From an uncultured Acidobacteriota bacterium (GTDB lineage Bacteria; Acidobacteriota; UBA4820; DSQY01), in contig CAVYWK010000024.1 of NCBI GenBank assembly GCA_963772255.1, positions 340,992 to 404,991 of the forward strand: a stretch of 64,000 nt of DNA. The letters are read 5' to 3'. Below are positions 52,908 through 62,816 of this stretch, piece by piece; the stretch's first letter is position 1, and each line of letters starts with the position of its first letter. The notes under the pieces were generated by a model. It was not told the DNA's origin, did not search any database, and saw only the letters and a program-made list of their open reading frames with translations. The position numbers and the translations under genes were made by a program.

Positions 52908-55900
52908 ATGGGAACGCGGCGAGTGGTGTGCATGTGTCTGTTGTTGATTTCCGTCCTTTTCTCGTTGGGGATGTTCGCGCAAGAACTTCCGCAGCAGGAG
53001 ATAGAGGTTCAGGGGGCGGTCCTCAATTCTGGCAAGGAGCCTGTGCAGGTCCTGGTCGTGTTGAACGATCCCCCGGCGGCGGTGGTATACGCCGATGTGA
53101 AATCGAAGCTAGGTTCCTCGGAGGCCCTGGCGTTGAGCCAGGCCAGGTCGCAGGTGGAGAGGCTCCGGCAGGCTCAGGGCCCCCTGGCCGCCCTCATCGA
53201 AGGTGCGCCTTTCAACGGCAGAGAGATCTACCGTGTCCAGAAGGTCCTGAACGGGATCTCCATCATGGTGGATCCTGGCCAGATCGAGGCCCTGAAGAAG
53301 CTGCCCGGTGTGAAGGCCGTCCACATCGTGGAACCCGAATATCCCTCCCTCTCCACGAGCGTCCCCTTCATCGGCGCCCAACACGTCTGGAATGGCCTCC
53401 CAGGCGGCATCGGGCCCTACAAGGGCGACAACATCCGCATCGGCATCATCGACTCGGGCATCGATTACAACCACGCGGACTTCGGCGGCACGGGCCTCCT
53501 CGCCGACTACCAGGCGAACGATCGGGTCAATCCCAACGCTTTCTACCCCAACGCCAAGGTCGTGGGCGGATGGGACTTTGCGGGCGACGCCTACACGGGC
53601 GGCAACGTCCCGGTGCCCGATGCCAATCCCACCGACTGCCTCGGCCACGGGTCCCACGTGGCGGGCATCGCGGCGGGCTACGGTGTCAACGCCGACGGTA
53701 CCACTTACGCGGGAGCTTACGACGACACGACCAACTTCTCCTCATTCCGCATCGGCCCCGGCGTGGCTCCCAGGGCCCAGCTATACTCCCTCCGTGTTTT
53801 TGGGTGCGGCGGGTCCACGGGCCTGACGGTTCTGGGCATCGAGTGGGCCATGGATCCGAACGGCGACAACGACATGTCAGACCACCTCGACGTCATCAAC
53901 ATGTCCCTCGGTTCCCAATTCGGCAGTCCCGCGAACACCTCGGCCATGGCGTCTGACAACGCCGCCCTGGTGGGCGTCATCGTGGTGGCATCCGCGGGGA
54001 ACAGCGGGGATACCTACTTCATCACCGGCGCCCCGGGCGTCTCCGGACGGACCATCAGCACGGCGTCGTGCATGGACAGCGGTATCTTGGCCGAGGCCCA
54101 GGTGATCCAAGGCGCCAACACTTACGTCGCCACCCCCGCAGCGTTCGGCGGCGTCCTCACTGCTCCTCTGACGGGAGCCATCGAGAACGCCAATCCCATC
54201 CAGGCCTGCTCAGCCCTCACAGGGTTCACGGCCGGTCGCATCGCGATCATCGACCGGGGCACTTGCAGCTTTGTCATCAAGGTCAAGGCGGCCCAGGATG
54301 CGGGCGCCATCGCGGTCATCGTGGCGAACAACGCCGCCGGAACTATCGTTATGGGGGGCACCGACCCCACCATCACCATCCCCTCGGTCATGGTTTCCAA
54401 TTCGGACGGCGCTCTCCTGAAGGCCCTCGCGGCGGGTACCTCAGTGACCATCAACCCCGTCTTCGGCGGGGACATCCTAAGCTCCTTCTCGTCGAGGGGC
54501 CCCAGCCGTGGCTCCATGACCCGGCTCAAGCCCGACATCACGGCGCCCGGCGATCAGATCATTTCGGTAGAGACGGGCATGACGTGCACATCGGCGGGCG
54601 CGGGGTGCATCTTCCCCAATGCCACCGGCTACAATCCCGGGAACCTTCCCGGAAACCTCTCGGGCACCTCCATGGCCGCCCCCCACATGGCGGGTGAGAT
54701 GGCCCTCCTCAAGCAGCAGCATCCCGGCTGGTCCGTGGAGGAGCTCAAATCCGCGGCAATGAACGGCGCCCTCCACAACGTGACCACGACGCCCAGCGCG
54801 GGCGGTCTGACCTACGGCGCGGGCCGCGTCGGCGCGGGCCGCGTGGACCCCGTCATCTCGGCCAAGAATGGATGCGTGGCCTTCAACGACGAGCCCGGCG
54901 GGCTCGTGAGCGTCTCCTTCGACGCCTCGGTGACGGCGCCCACGACGCAGACCAAGAATGTCCGCGTGATGAACAACGGGACGGAATACGCCAACTACGA
55001 CATTGCCCTCGTCACCACCTTGGATGCGCCCGGTATCACCTTCACCGAGCCCTATGTCAGCATGGGCCTCGGAACCAATGCCTCGATCCTGATCCCCGTC
55101 ACCATGACCGCCAACCCCGCCCAGATGAAGCACACCCGAGAGGCGACGGTATCGAACGCGCAGACCGGTCCGGCCCCTCTGGCGAACAGCTACTACCGCC
55201 ACTGGCTCACCGAAGAGTCTGCCTACCTCGTCCTCAGCCAGGGCGGCCAGCCCAAAATCCGCGTGCCGATCTACATGACGGCCCGACCGGCCTCGGTCAT
55301 GCAGGGCCCGGCCTCTATCGTCACGGGCGGTGCGCCCACGGGCTCCACCACCCTCGCCCTGACGGGGACCGGGGTCTGCACGGGCACGCCCGGAGTGGGG
55401 ACCTGCGCGGGCACCTTCCCGAACGATGAGGTCTCCCTCGTGACGCCTTTCGAACTGCAGGTGGTCCATCCCCGAGACCCATCGATTCCCGACTACTTGG
55501 ATATCCAGTACGCCGGAGTCGCCTACAACACCGCCAACAACATCGTGATGTTTGGAGTATCAACCTGGGGGCCGTGGGCCACTCCGACCGATGTGTCCTT
55601 CAGCATCGACATCGACAACAACCTCGACGGGGTCTGGGATCGTACCCTCTTCAACAGCAACCCGGGGACCATGGCCGGCTACCTCTTCGGCACGTCGGGC
55701 GCCTACGCGCAGGATTCCTTCCTCTGCGCCTACTTCAATATCGCCACGAGCGGAGTGGGCACCACGCAATACCTCAATGCGGTCAGTGCCAATACGGCAG
55801 ATACGGCTCTCTTCAAGAACAACGTGATGTTCCTGACGGCGAGCCCCGCCTCGTTGGGAATGGCAGGTACCAGTTTCAGGTACCGCATCATCGTCCGGCA

Positions 55901-57452
55901 GGGCACCAGCCCGTTGCTCGGCTCCGCCGTGGAAACCATTTCGGGACCGTTCTTCTGGGACCGCGCCGCCCAGGGACTTAACTTCGGTGGGACCTATCTC
56001 GGGAACGACCTCAACGGCGCGACTATCCCTGTCACCTGGAATACAGCGAACTTGGCCACGAACGGTTCGCTGGGAGCCCTCCTCCTGCACCACCACAACG
56101 CCCCCGGAAACACCGCCCAGGTCATCCCCCTCCAGGGCACGGCCTCGGCGGACCTTGCCCTCACCAAGACGGCCCTTCCCGCGTCGCCAACCTTTGGTCA
56201 GAACGTGGTCTTTACCCTCACGGTGACCAACAATGGCGGCTCCGCGGCCTCTGGCGTCACCGCCAGCGACCCGCTCCCCGCTGGACTTACCTTCGTTTCC
56301 GATGACGGTGCGGGCGCCTACAACAGCGCCACGGGCCAGTGGACCATCGGTGCCCTGGCAAGCGGCGCCGCGGCGACCCTACACATCACTTGCACCGTGA
56401 GTGGGCAGGGGACCATCGTTAACACGGCCAAGGTCTTCGCAACCTCTCCCCTCGACCCGGTCCCGGCCAACAACACCGCGACGGCGCAGTTCAGCGTCGG
56501 CCGCAGCGCCGACCTGGGAGTCACAAAGACGGGCGACGCCACGGTCTACAGCGGCGGCAGCATCACCTATACCATCACCATGACCAACGCTGGCCCCGAC
56601 GACGCCCTCCACCCCTGGATCCAGGATGACGTTCCGGCCAACACGACGTTCGTTTCGGCCACGGCGAGCGCCGGGGCGGTCCTTTCGATGCCGGGCGTCG
56701 GCGGCACGGGGACGGTGGTTGCGAGATGGCCCGCCAACGCCCTGCCCGCCGGGGGGACCTTCTCGCTGACCCTCGTGGTCAACGTGCCCGCCAACGTGCA
56801 CAACGGCACGCCCATCACCAACACGGCGACGGTGGCGTCCCTCGTACCGGACGGCAATGCGGCCAACAACACGGCGACCTTTGTGACGAACGTCCTCTGC
56901 CCGACCTTCTCCATCCTGCCGGCGGTCCTCCCGCCCTCGGTGACTGGTCTTCCCTATAGCCAGCAGCTAACTACGCCGGGAACGGCAAGTGCGTGCACGT
57001 TCGCCGTGACCGCTGGGACCCTGCCCCCGGGTATCACCGTGTCGGCCGCCGGTCTCATTTCCGGGATACCGACAAGCACTCTCAACTACAACTTCACGGT
57101 GACGGCCACCGATGCCGCGGGTTGCACGAGCACCCAGGCCTACACCTTCGCTTCCGCCAACCTCTTCTTCCTCGACGACGCAGGGCGCACGAGGCTGTGC
57201 GTGAATGCCAGGACGGGGGCTTACATCTACCAGATCCTGCTCGGGCCCCACGCGGGCGAGACTTACACCGGAACCGCCAACATCGTGAACGGGGGGACCA
57301 AGATCTACAGCAAGCCGGGCGCCGCGGACTACCTGAACTTTACCTACGACCCCATTCGCAAGCGGGCCGCCGGGTACTTCCAGAGCCCCGTGGGAGGGTA
57401 TTCGACCCTGACCGACTACAACACGGCCAACAACGCGGGTGGATGCACCTGA
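52908..57452 (+). CDS. G9: secreted S8 subtilisin-family peptidase with I9 propeptide, PA-domain insert, DUF11-type repeats, He_PIG and conserved CTD, intact
   Basis: 1514-aa uninterrupted ORF. Signal peptide MGTRRVVCMCLLLISVLFSLGMFA. Triad contexts IGIIDSGIDYNH, CLGHGSHVAGIAAG and SGTSMAAPHMAGE. PA insert (IAIIDRGTCSFVIKVKAAQDAGAIAVIV). Two ADLxxTKT... DUF11-like repeats. Confidence 0.9.
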   Translation: MGTRRVVCMCLLLISVLFSLGMFAQELPQQEIEVQGAVLNSGKEPVQVLVVLNDPPAAVVYADVKSKLGSSEALALSQARSQVERLRQAQGPLAALIEGAPFNGREIYRVQKVLNGISIMVDPGQIEALKKLPGVKAVHIVEPEYPSLSTSVPFIGAQHVWNGLPGGIGPYKGDNIRIGIIDSGIDYNHADFGGTGLLADYQANDRVNPNAFYPNAKVVGGWDFAGDAYTGGNVPVPDANPTDCLGHGSHVAGIAAGYGVNADGTTYAGAYDDTTNFSSFRIGPGVAPRAQLYSLRVFGCGGSTGLTVLGIEWAMDPNGDNDMSDHLDVINMSLGSQFGSPANTSAMASDNAALVGVIVVASAGNSGDTYFITGAPGVSGRTISTASCMDSGILAEAQVIQGANTYVATPAAFGGVLTAPLTGAIENANPIQACSALTGFTAGRIAIIDRGTCSFVIKVKAAQDAGAIAVIVANNAAGTIVMGGTDPTITIPSVMVSNSDGALLKALAAGTSVTINPVFGGDILSSFSSRGPSRGSMTRLKPDITAPGDQIISVETGMTCTSAGAGCIFPNATGYNPGNLPGNLSGTSMAAPHMAGEMALLKQQHPGWSVEELKSAAMNGALHNVTTTPSAGGLTYGAGRVGAGRVDPVISAKNGCVAFNDEPGGLVSVSFDASVTAPTTQTKNVRVMNNGTEYANYDIALVTTLDAPGITFTEPYVSMGLGTNASILIPVTMTANPAQMKHTREATVSNAQTGPAPLANSYYRHWLTEESAYLVLSQGGQPKIRVPIYMTARPASVMQGPASIVTGGAPTGSTTLALTGTGVCTGTPGVGTCAGTFPNDEVSLVTPFELQVVHPRDPSIPDYLDIQYAGVAYNTANNIVMFGVSTWGPWATPTDVSFSIDIDNNLDGVWDRTLFNSNPGTMAGYLFGTSGAYAQDSFLCAYFNIATSGVGTTQYLNAVSANTADTALFKNNVMFLTASPASLGMAGTSFRYRIIVRQGTSPLLGSAVETISGPFFWDRAAQGLNFGGTYLGNDLNGATIPVTWNTANLATNGSLGALLLHHHNAPGNTAQVIPLQGTASADLALTKTALPASPTFGQNVVFTLTVTNNGGSAASGVTASDPLPAGLTFVSDDGAGAYNSATGQWTIGALASGAAATLHITCTVSGQGTIVNTAKVFATSPLDPVPANNTATAQFSVGRSADLGVTKTGDATVYSGGSITYTITMTNAGPDDALHPWIQDDVPANTTFVSATASAGAVLSMPGVGGTGTVVARWPANALPAGGTFSLTLVVNVPANVHNGTPITNTATVASLVPDGNAANNTATFVTNVLCPTFSILPAVLPPSVTGLPYSQQLTTPGTASACTFAVTAGTLPPGITVSAAGLISGIPTSTLNYNFTVTATDAAGCTSTQAYTFASANLFFLDDAGRTRLCVNARTGAYIYQILLGPHAGETYTGTANIVNGGTKIYSKPGAADYLNFTYDPIRKRAAGYFQSPVGGYSTLTDYNTANNAGGCT

Positions 57453-57467
57453 TCGGCTGGTGACGAC

Positions 57468-57539
57468 GGCGGGTGAGTGACCCGCCGGGAACAGGGGCGC
57501 GGGGTTCCTGCCACGGGCAGGGGCCCCGCGCCTTTTTTT
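57468..57539 (+). terminator. Dual-hairpin 3' element of G9 (near-identical to that of G8)
   Basis: ggcggg-tgagtga-cccgcc, then ggggcgcgggg-ttcctgccacgggcagg-ggccccgcgcc + ttttttt. Confidence 0.85.
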
Positions 57540-57744
57540 GTGAAGAGTGAAAAGTAAGAAGTGAAAAGGGGAAAAGAAAGGCAAAGGAGAGAAACAGTGA
57601 GTGAGATGCGAGGAGTGAGGATGGGTGATCCGCACTCGGTGACTTCCGATTTGCCGATTGGGGCAAATGGCCCAGCGTTCTGGAGCTTTCCCGATTCATC
57701 GGTCCAGGCGCAAAGAACCCAGGAATAGCAAGGGTTTCATCTTG

Positions 57745-57773
57745 TTGACACCCCTAAAGGCCCGTGGTAGGCT
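57745..57773 (+). promoter_or_regulatory. Putative sigma-70 promoter of the nuo operon
   Basis: TTGACA-N17-TAGGCT, 60 nt upstream of nuoA. Confidence 0.4.
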
Positions 57774-57832
57774 TCCCTTCTGACTTTCGCAGGTCCAGGG
57801 GGGACCACACAGGCTCAAGGTCGAGGGTTCCA

Positions 57833-58204
57833 ATGCAGAACACCTACCTGCCGATTCTGGTGATGGTCATCACCGCGTTCTGTATCGCCGTGGGGTTGGT
57901 GCTGGCCTCCTGGCTGCTGGGGTTCGTCCGCAAGTCCAGGACCCTGCTCTCCCCCTACGAGTGCGGCCTCGACCCCATGGACGAACCGTTCAAGCGCGTG
58001 TCCATCCGATACTATGTGGTGGCCCTTCTTTTCCTCCTGTTCGATGTGGAAACCCTTTTCCTCTTTCCCGTGGCCGCCGTTTACCGGGAGCGGGTCGCCG
58101 CGGGGTGGGGACTCTTCGTCTACGGGGAGCTGCTCCTTTTCCTGGCGATCCTCCTCGTGGGCTACGTGTACGCCCTCAAGAAAGGCGCCCTGCGATGGGA
58201 ATAG
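57833..58204 (+). CDS. nuoA: NADH-quinone oxidoreductase subunit A
   Basis: ORF 57764..58204 trimmed to the ATG at 57833. Three TM helices and YECG...FDVE motifs. Confidence 0.9.
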   Translation: MQNTYLPILVMVITAFCIAVGLVLASWLLGFVRKSRTLLSPYECGLDPMDEPFKRVSIRYYVVALLFLLFDVETLFLFPVAAVYRERVAAGWGLFVYGELLLFLAILLVGYVYALKKGALRWE

Positions 58205-58860
58205 AGACTAAATCCCTCGCCGTCGATAAACAGACCCAGGACGACCTCAAATTGCTCAAGCAAGGGGTCATCATGGGTTCCCTGTCCAAGGTCATCGACA
58301 TGGCCCGCAAGAACAGCCTGTGGCCCATGCCTTTCGGGCTCTCCTGCTGTGCCATCGAGATGATGGCCGTCGCGGCGAGTCGGTACGACCTGGCCCGCTT
58401 CGGCGCGGAGGCCATGCGTTTCACCCCCCGCCAGTGCGACCTCATGATCGTGGCGGGAACCCTCACCAAAAAGATGGCCTTCGCGGCGAGGCGTATCTAT
58501 GACCAGATGCCCGAACCCAAGTGGGTCATCGCCATGGGGGTGTGCACGACCACGGGCGGCATGTTCAACAGCTACAGCGTGGTCCAGGGGATCGATCACA
58601 TCATTCCCGTGGATGTCTACGTACCGGGTTGCCCCCCCCGTCCCGAAGCTCTGATCTACGCCATCATGAAGATCCAGGACCAGGTCATGTCCGAGAAATG
58701 GCGGCCCGCGGGAGAGATGCGCCGACACGGGCATTACCGCGGCCGGGACCCCAAATACGGCGCGCTTCCCATCCTGGACTTGGGCGTCAAGACGGAAGCG
58801 AATATCGACCCGGAGGACCCCAACGCGCCAACCTGGAGGAAGGGCTATTTCGGTGGCTGA
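58195..58860 (+). CDS. nuoB: NADH-quinone oxidoreductase subunit B
   Basis: Within ORF 57961..58860. The ATG at 58195 overlaps the nuoA end. N2-cluster cysteines CCAIEMM...[10 protein letters not shown]...PGCPP. Confidence 0.9.
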   Translation: MGIETKSLAVDKQTQDDLKLLKQGVIMGSLSKVIDMARKNSLWPMPFGLSCCAIEMMAVAASRYDLARFGAEAMRFTPRQCDLMIVAGTLTKKMAFAARRIYDQMPEPKWVIAMGVCTTTGGMFNSYSVVQGIDHIIPVDVYVPGCPPRPEALIYAIMKIQDQVMSEKWRPAGEMRRHGHYRGRDPKYGALPILDLGVKTEANIDPEDPNAPTWRKGYFGG

Positions 58861-59332
58861 TCTGGTGAAGGACATCCAAGACAAGTTCCCCGGCGCCTTG
58901 AAAGAGGTGGTCCAAAAGCAGGGCGAGACGACGCTCGTGTTGGACGCGTCGCGGGCCAAGGAAGTTCTGCGTTTCATGAAGGCCGAGCGGGGATTCAATT
59001 ACCTCGTGGATGTCTCCTCCGCCCACTGGCCCGAGGAGGGGCGCATCGACGTGGTCTACCAGGTGCGCAGCCTGACCACCCGCGAGCAGGTGAGGGTGCG
59101 GGCCGCCTTGCCCGTGGAAGATCCGACCATCGAGACGGTCTGTGACATCTGGCGGACGGCCAACTGGCTCGAACGGGAAGTCTACGACCTCATGGGGGTG
59201 CAGTTTCTGGGCCACCCGGATCTGCGACGGATAATGATGCCGGAGGATTTCGAAGGGTATCCGTTGCGCAAGGAGTACCCCATGGAAGGCGACGACGAGT
59301 GGCGTAATTATCTTTCTCCTGAAGAGGGTTGA
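58853..59332 (+). CDS. nuoC: NADH-quinone oxidoreductase subunit C
   Basis: 159 aa with a GTG start overlapping the nuoB stop. [25 protein letters not shown] is a NuoC signature. Confidence 0.9.
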   Translation: MADLVKDIQDKFPGALKEVVQKQGETTLVLDASRAKEVLRFMKAERGFNYLVDVSSAHWPEEGRIDVVYQVRSLTTREQVRVRAALPVEDPTIETVCDIWRTANWLEREVYDLMGVQFLGHPDLRRIMMPEDFEGYPLRKEYPMEGDDEWRNYLSPEEG

Positions 59333-59333
59333 A

Positions 59334-59485
59334 CCACAGAGGCACAGAGGCACCGAGGAACCAAAAAGATTTGGATGGCGATTGATGACCGATGAAGCAG
59401 GGCGAACAGACCAAGAACCTGGAATGTTCTTTCTTGTCCTTTCTAATCAGGATTTATCTTTCTCTGTGTCTCTGTGTCTCTGTGG
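59334..59485. repeat. MITE-like element, copy 1 (nuoC-nuoD spacer)
   Basis: Terminal inverted repeats ccacagaggcacagagg... and ...ctctgtgtctctgtgtctctgtgg around a lower-GC core with an internal aagaac...gttctt hairpin. Homologous to 62605-62795. Confidence 0.7.
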
Positions 59486-59509
59486 TGAATATTTCTTAGG
59501 GTTGTCTTG

Positions 59510-60724
59510 ATGGATAGATCGAATCGAGAGCGCCTGGACCTGAACACCGAACTCGTCACGGTCAATATGGGTCCCCAGCACCCTTCCACGCACGGGGTTC
59601 TGCGCGTGGTCGTGACCCTCGATGGCGAGACCGTGGTGGCGGCCGTTCCCGACGTGGGATATCTGCACCGGGGTATCGAGAAGATCTGCGAGACCATGAC
59701 GCTCCATCAGGCCATCCCCTACACGGACCGGATGGACTACCTGGCACCCGTGGTCAACAACATCGGGCTGGCCATGGCCGTGGAAAAGCTCATCGATTTT
59801 CAGATCACCGAAAAGTGCCGGGTCATGCGGGTGATCTGCATGGAGCTGGGACGGCTCTCCAGCCACCTGCTCTGGCTCGCCACCGTGGGCCTCGATCTGG
59901 GTGCGGCCACCGTGTACTTCTACGCGTTCACGGGCCGCGAGCGGATCATGGACCTCTTCGAACGCATGTCCGGAGCCCGGTTCACGGTCTCCTACGGCAG
60001 GATCGGGGGTCTCGCCCGCGACTGGGAGCCGGGCCTCGAGCAGGACATCCTGAAGGTCCTGGGCCCCACGCGGGACTGCGTGGAAGAGGTGGACAAGCTC
60101 CTGACCCGCAACGTCATCTGGTGTCAGCGGAACCAGGATGTGGGCCCCATCTCCGCCGAGGACGCTATCGACATGGGTCTGAGCGGCCCCAACCTCCGCG
60201 CCGCGGGAGTGGAGTGGGACATCCGGAAAGCCTATCCCTACCTCGGCTACGAACGATACGAGTTCGAGGTCCCGGTGGGGGAGCACGGGGACTGTTACGA
60301 CCGTTACCTGGTGCGCATGGAAGAGATGCGGCAGAGCATCCGCATCATCGAGCAGGCGCTCAAGGAGTACGACCCGAGCCTGCCCCTCTTCCCCCAGGAC
60401 CTCCAGTCCCAGAAGGTGTTCCTGCCCCACAAGGACCGTGTGCTCACCAAGATGGAAGAGCTCATCCACCAGTTCATCGTGGCCACCGAGGGTCCCAAGA
60501 CCGAGCGCGGCAAGGAGGTCTACTTCTCCATCGAGGCCACCAAGGGCGAGCTGGGATTCTACCTCGTGGGTTCGGGCACGAACGTGGCGCACCGCTGCCA
60601 TTTCCGGAGCCCCTCCTTCGTGAACCTCCAGGCCATGCCGCTCATGGTGGAGGGCCAGATGGTCGCCGATGTGGTGGCCACCATCGCCTCCCTCGATCCC
60701 GTTCTCGGTGAGGTGGACCGGTGA
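59510..60724 (+). CDS. nuoD: NADH-quinone oxidoreductase subunit D
   Basis: ORF 59507..60724, ATG at 59510. NMGPQHPSTHGVLR and GYLHRGIEK motifs. Confidence 0.95.
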   Translation: MDRSNRERLDLNTELVTVNMGPQHPSTHGVLRVVVTLDGETVVAAVPDVGYLHRGIEKICETMTLHQAIPYTDRMDYLAPVVNNIGLAMAVEKLIDFQITEKCRVMRVICMELGRLSSHLLWLATVGLDLGAATVYFYAFTGRERIMDLFERMSGARFTVSYGRIGGLARDWEPGLEQDILKVLGPTRDCVEEVDKLLTRNVIWCQRNQDVGPISAEDAIDMGLSGPNLRAAGVEWDIRKAYPYLGYERYEFEVPVGEHGDCYDRYLVRMEEMRQSIRIIEQALKEYDPSLPLFPQDLQSQKVFLPHKDRVLTKMEELIHQFIVATEGPKTERGKEVYFSIEATKGELGFYLVGSGTNVAHRCHFRSPSFVNLQAMPLMVEGQMVADVVATIASLDPVLGEVDR

Positions 60725-61212
60725 GTTACGCTACGGTGGCGGAGATGTTGGAGAGCCCGGAGTTCCAGGCCCGAGTGGAGGCCACGGTTCAGGCCTTCCC
60801 CGAGAAGCGCACCGCGCTCATGCTCGCCCTTCACCAGTGCCAGTCCGAATTGCGGTTCGTGCCCTTGGAATTTCAGGCCTTCATCGCGGACAAGCTGGGG
60901 ATGTCGCCGGCCCACGTGCGCGGCGTGGTGACCTTCTACGAGATGTTCACGGAGAAACAGCTCGGCCGACACCTCCTCCAGGTGTGCAAGACCCTGCCGT
61001 GCATGCTCGCCGGCTCGGACATCCTCTTGGAACACCTCCAGGGGAAGTTGGGCATTAGGCCCGGGGAGACGACCCGGGACGGGAAATTCACGCTCGTCAC
61101 CGTGGAGTGTCTGGCCTGTTGCGACGGAGGCCCCGCGCTCATGATCAACGAGATGTTGCACCGCCGAGTCTCCGCGGCCGACGCCGACCGGCTCCTCGCG
61201 GAATTGGAGTGA
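60721..61212 (+). CDS. nuoE: NADH-quinone oxidoreductase subunit E
   Basis: 163 aa with a GTGA overlap with nuoD. 2Fe-2S cysteines VCKTLPC...ECLACC. Confidence 0.9.
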   Translation: MSYATVAEMLESPEFQARVEATVQAFPEKRTALMLALHQCQSELRFVPLEFQAFIADKLGMSPAHVRGVVTFYEMFTEKQLGRHLLQVCKTLPCMLAGSDILLEHLQGKLGIRPGETTRDGKFTLVTVECLACCDGGPALMINEMLHRRVSAADADRLLAELE

Positions 61213-61297
61213 GAACCTTTGAATAGGGAACAGCGAAGAGAAAATTGCAATCTGGAAATCGAAATTCGGACTTCGAAATTGTCATTGGGGCATCGGG

Positions 61298-62594
<1,297 letters not shown>

Positions 62595-62604
62595 AAGACT
62601 ATTC

Positions 62605-62795
62605 ACCACAGAGGCACAGAGGAATTTTGTTAAGAAGGCCATTTACCACAGAGGCACAGAGACACGGAGAAAACTATTGGAGTTTAGGAAAGTGATGACC
62701 GCTGAAGCCAGGCAAGCCGATCAAGAATCCAGAATGATTATTCTTGCCCTTTCTGACCATGATTTGTCTTCCTCTGTGCCTCTGTGTCTCTGTGG
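62605..62795. repeat. MITE-like element, copy 2 (nuoF-nuoG spacer), left terminal repeat duplicated
   Basis: ccacagaggcacagagg at 62605 and again at 62646. Right end cctctgtgcctctgtgtctctgtgg at 62771-62795. The core aligns with copy 1 (gatgaccg.tgaagc...caagaa...ttcttg.cctttct). Confidence 0.7.
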
Positions 62796-62816
62796 TTCAA
62801 ACTTCTTGAGGTTTTC

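Noticed and set aside
22933-57452. The variable-cargo, conserved-C-terminus pattern as diversity-generating retroelement targets.
   Set aside because: There is no reverse transcriptase and no template repeat. The conserved part is the C-terminus, whereas DGRs diversify it, and no adenine-specific mismatch pattern is seen between copies.
25040-57540. The conserved 3' hairpin elements as integron attC sites, with the array as an integron cassette array.
   Set aside because: There is no intI integrase. No RYYYAAC/GTTRRRY core sites flank the hairpins. The genes are 2-6 kb with their own promoter-like sequences and leaders, unlike promoterless cassettes.
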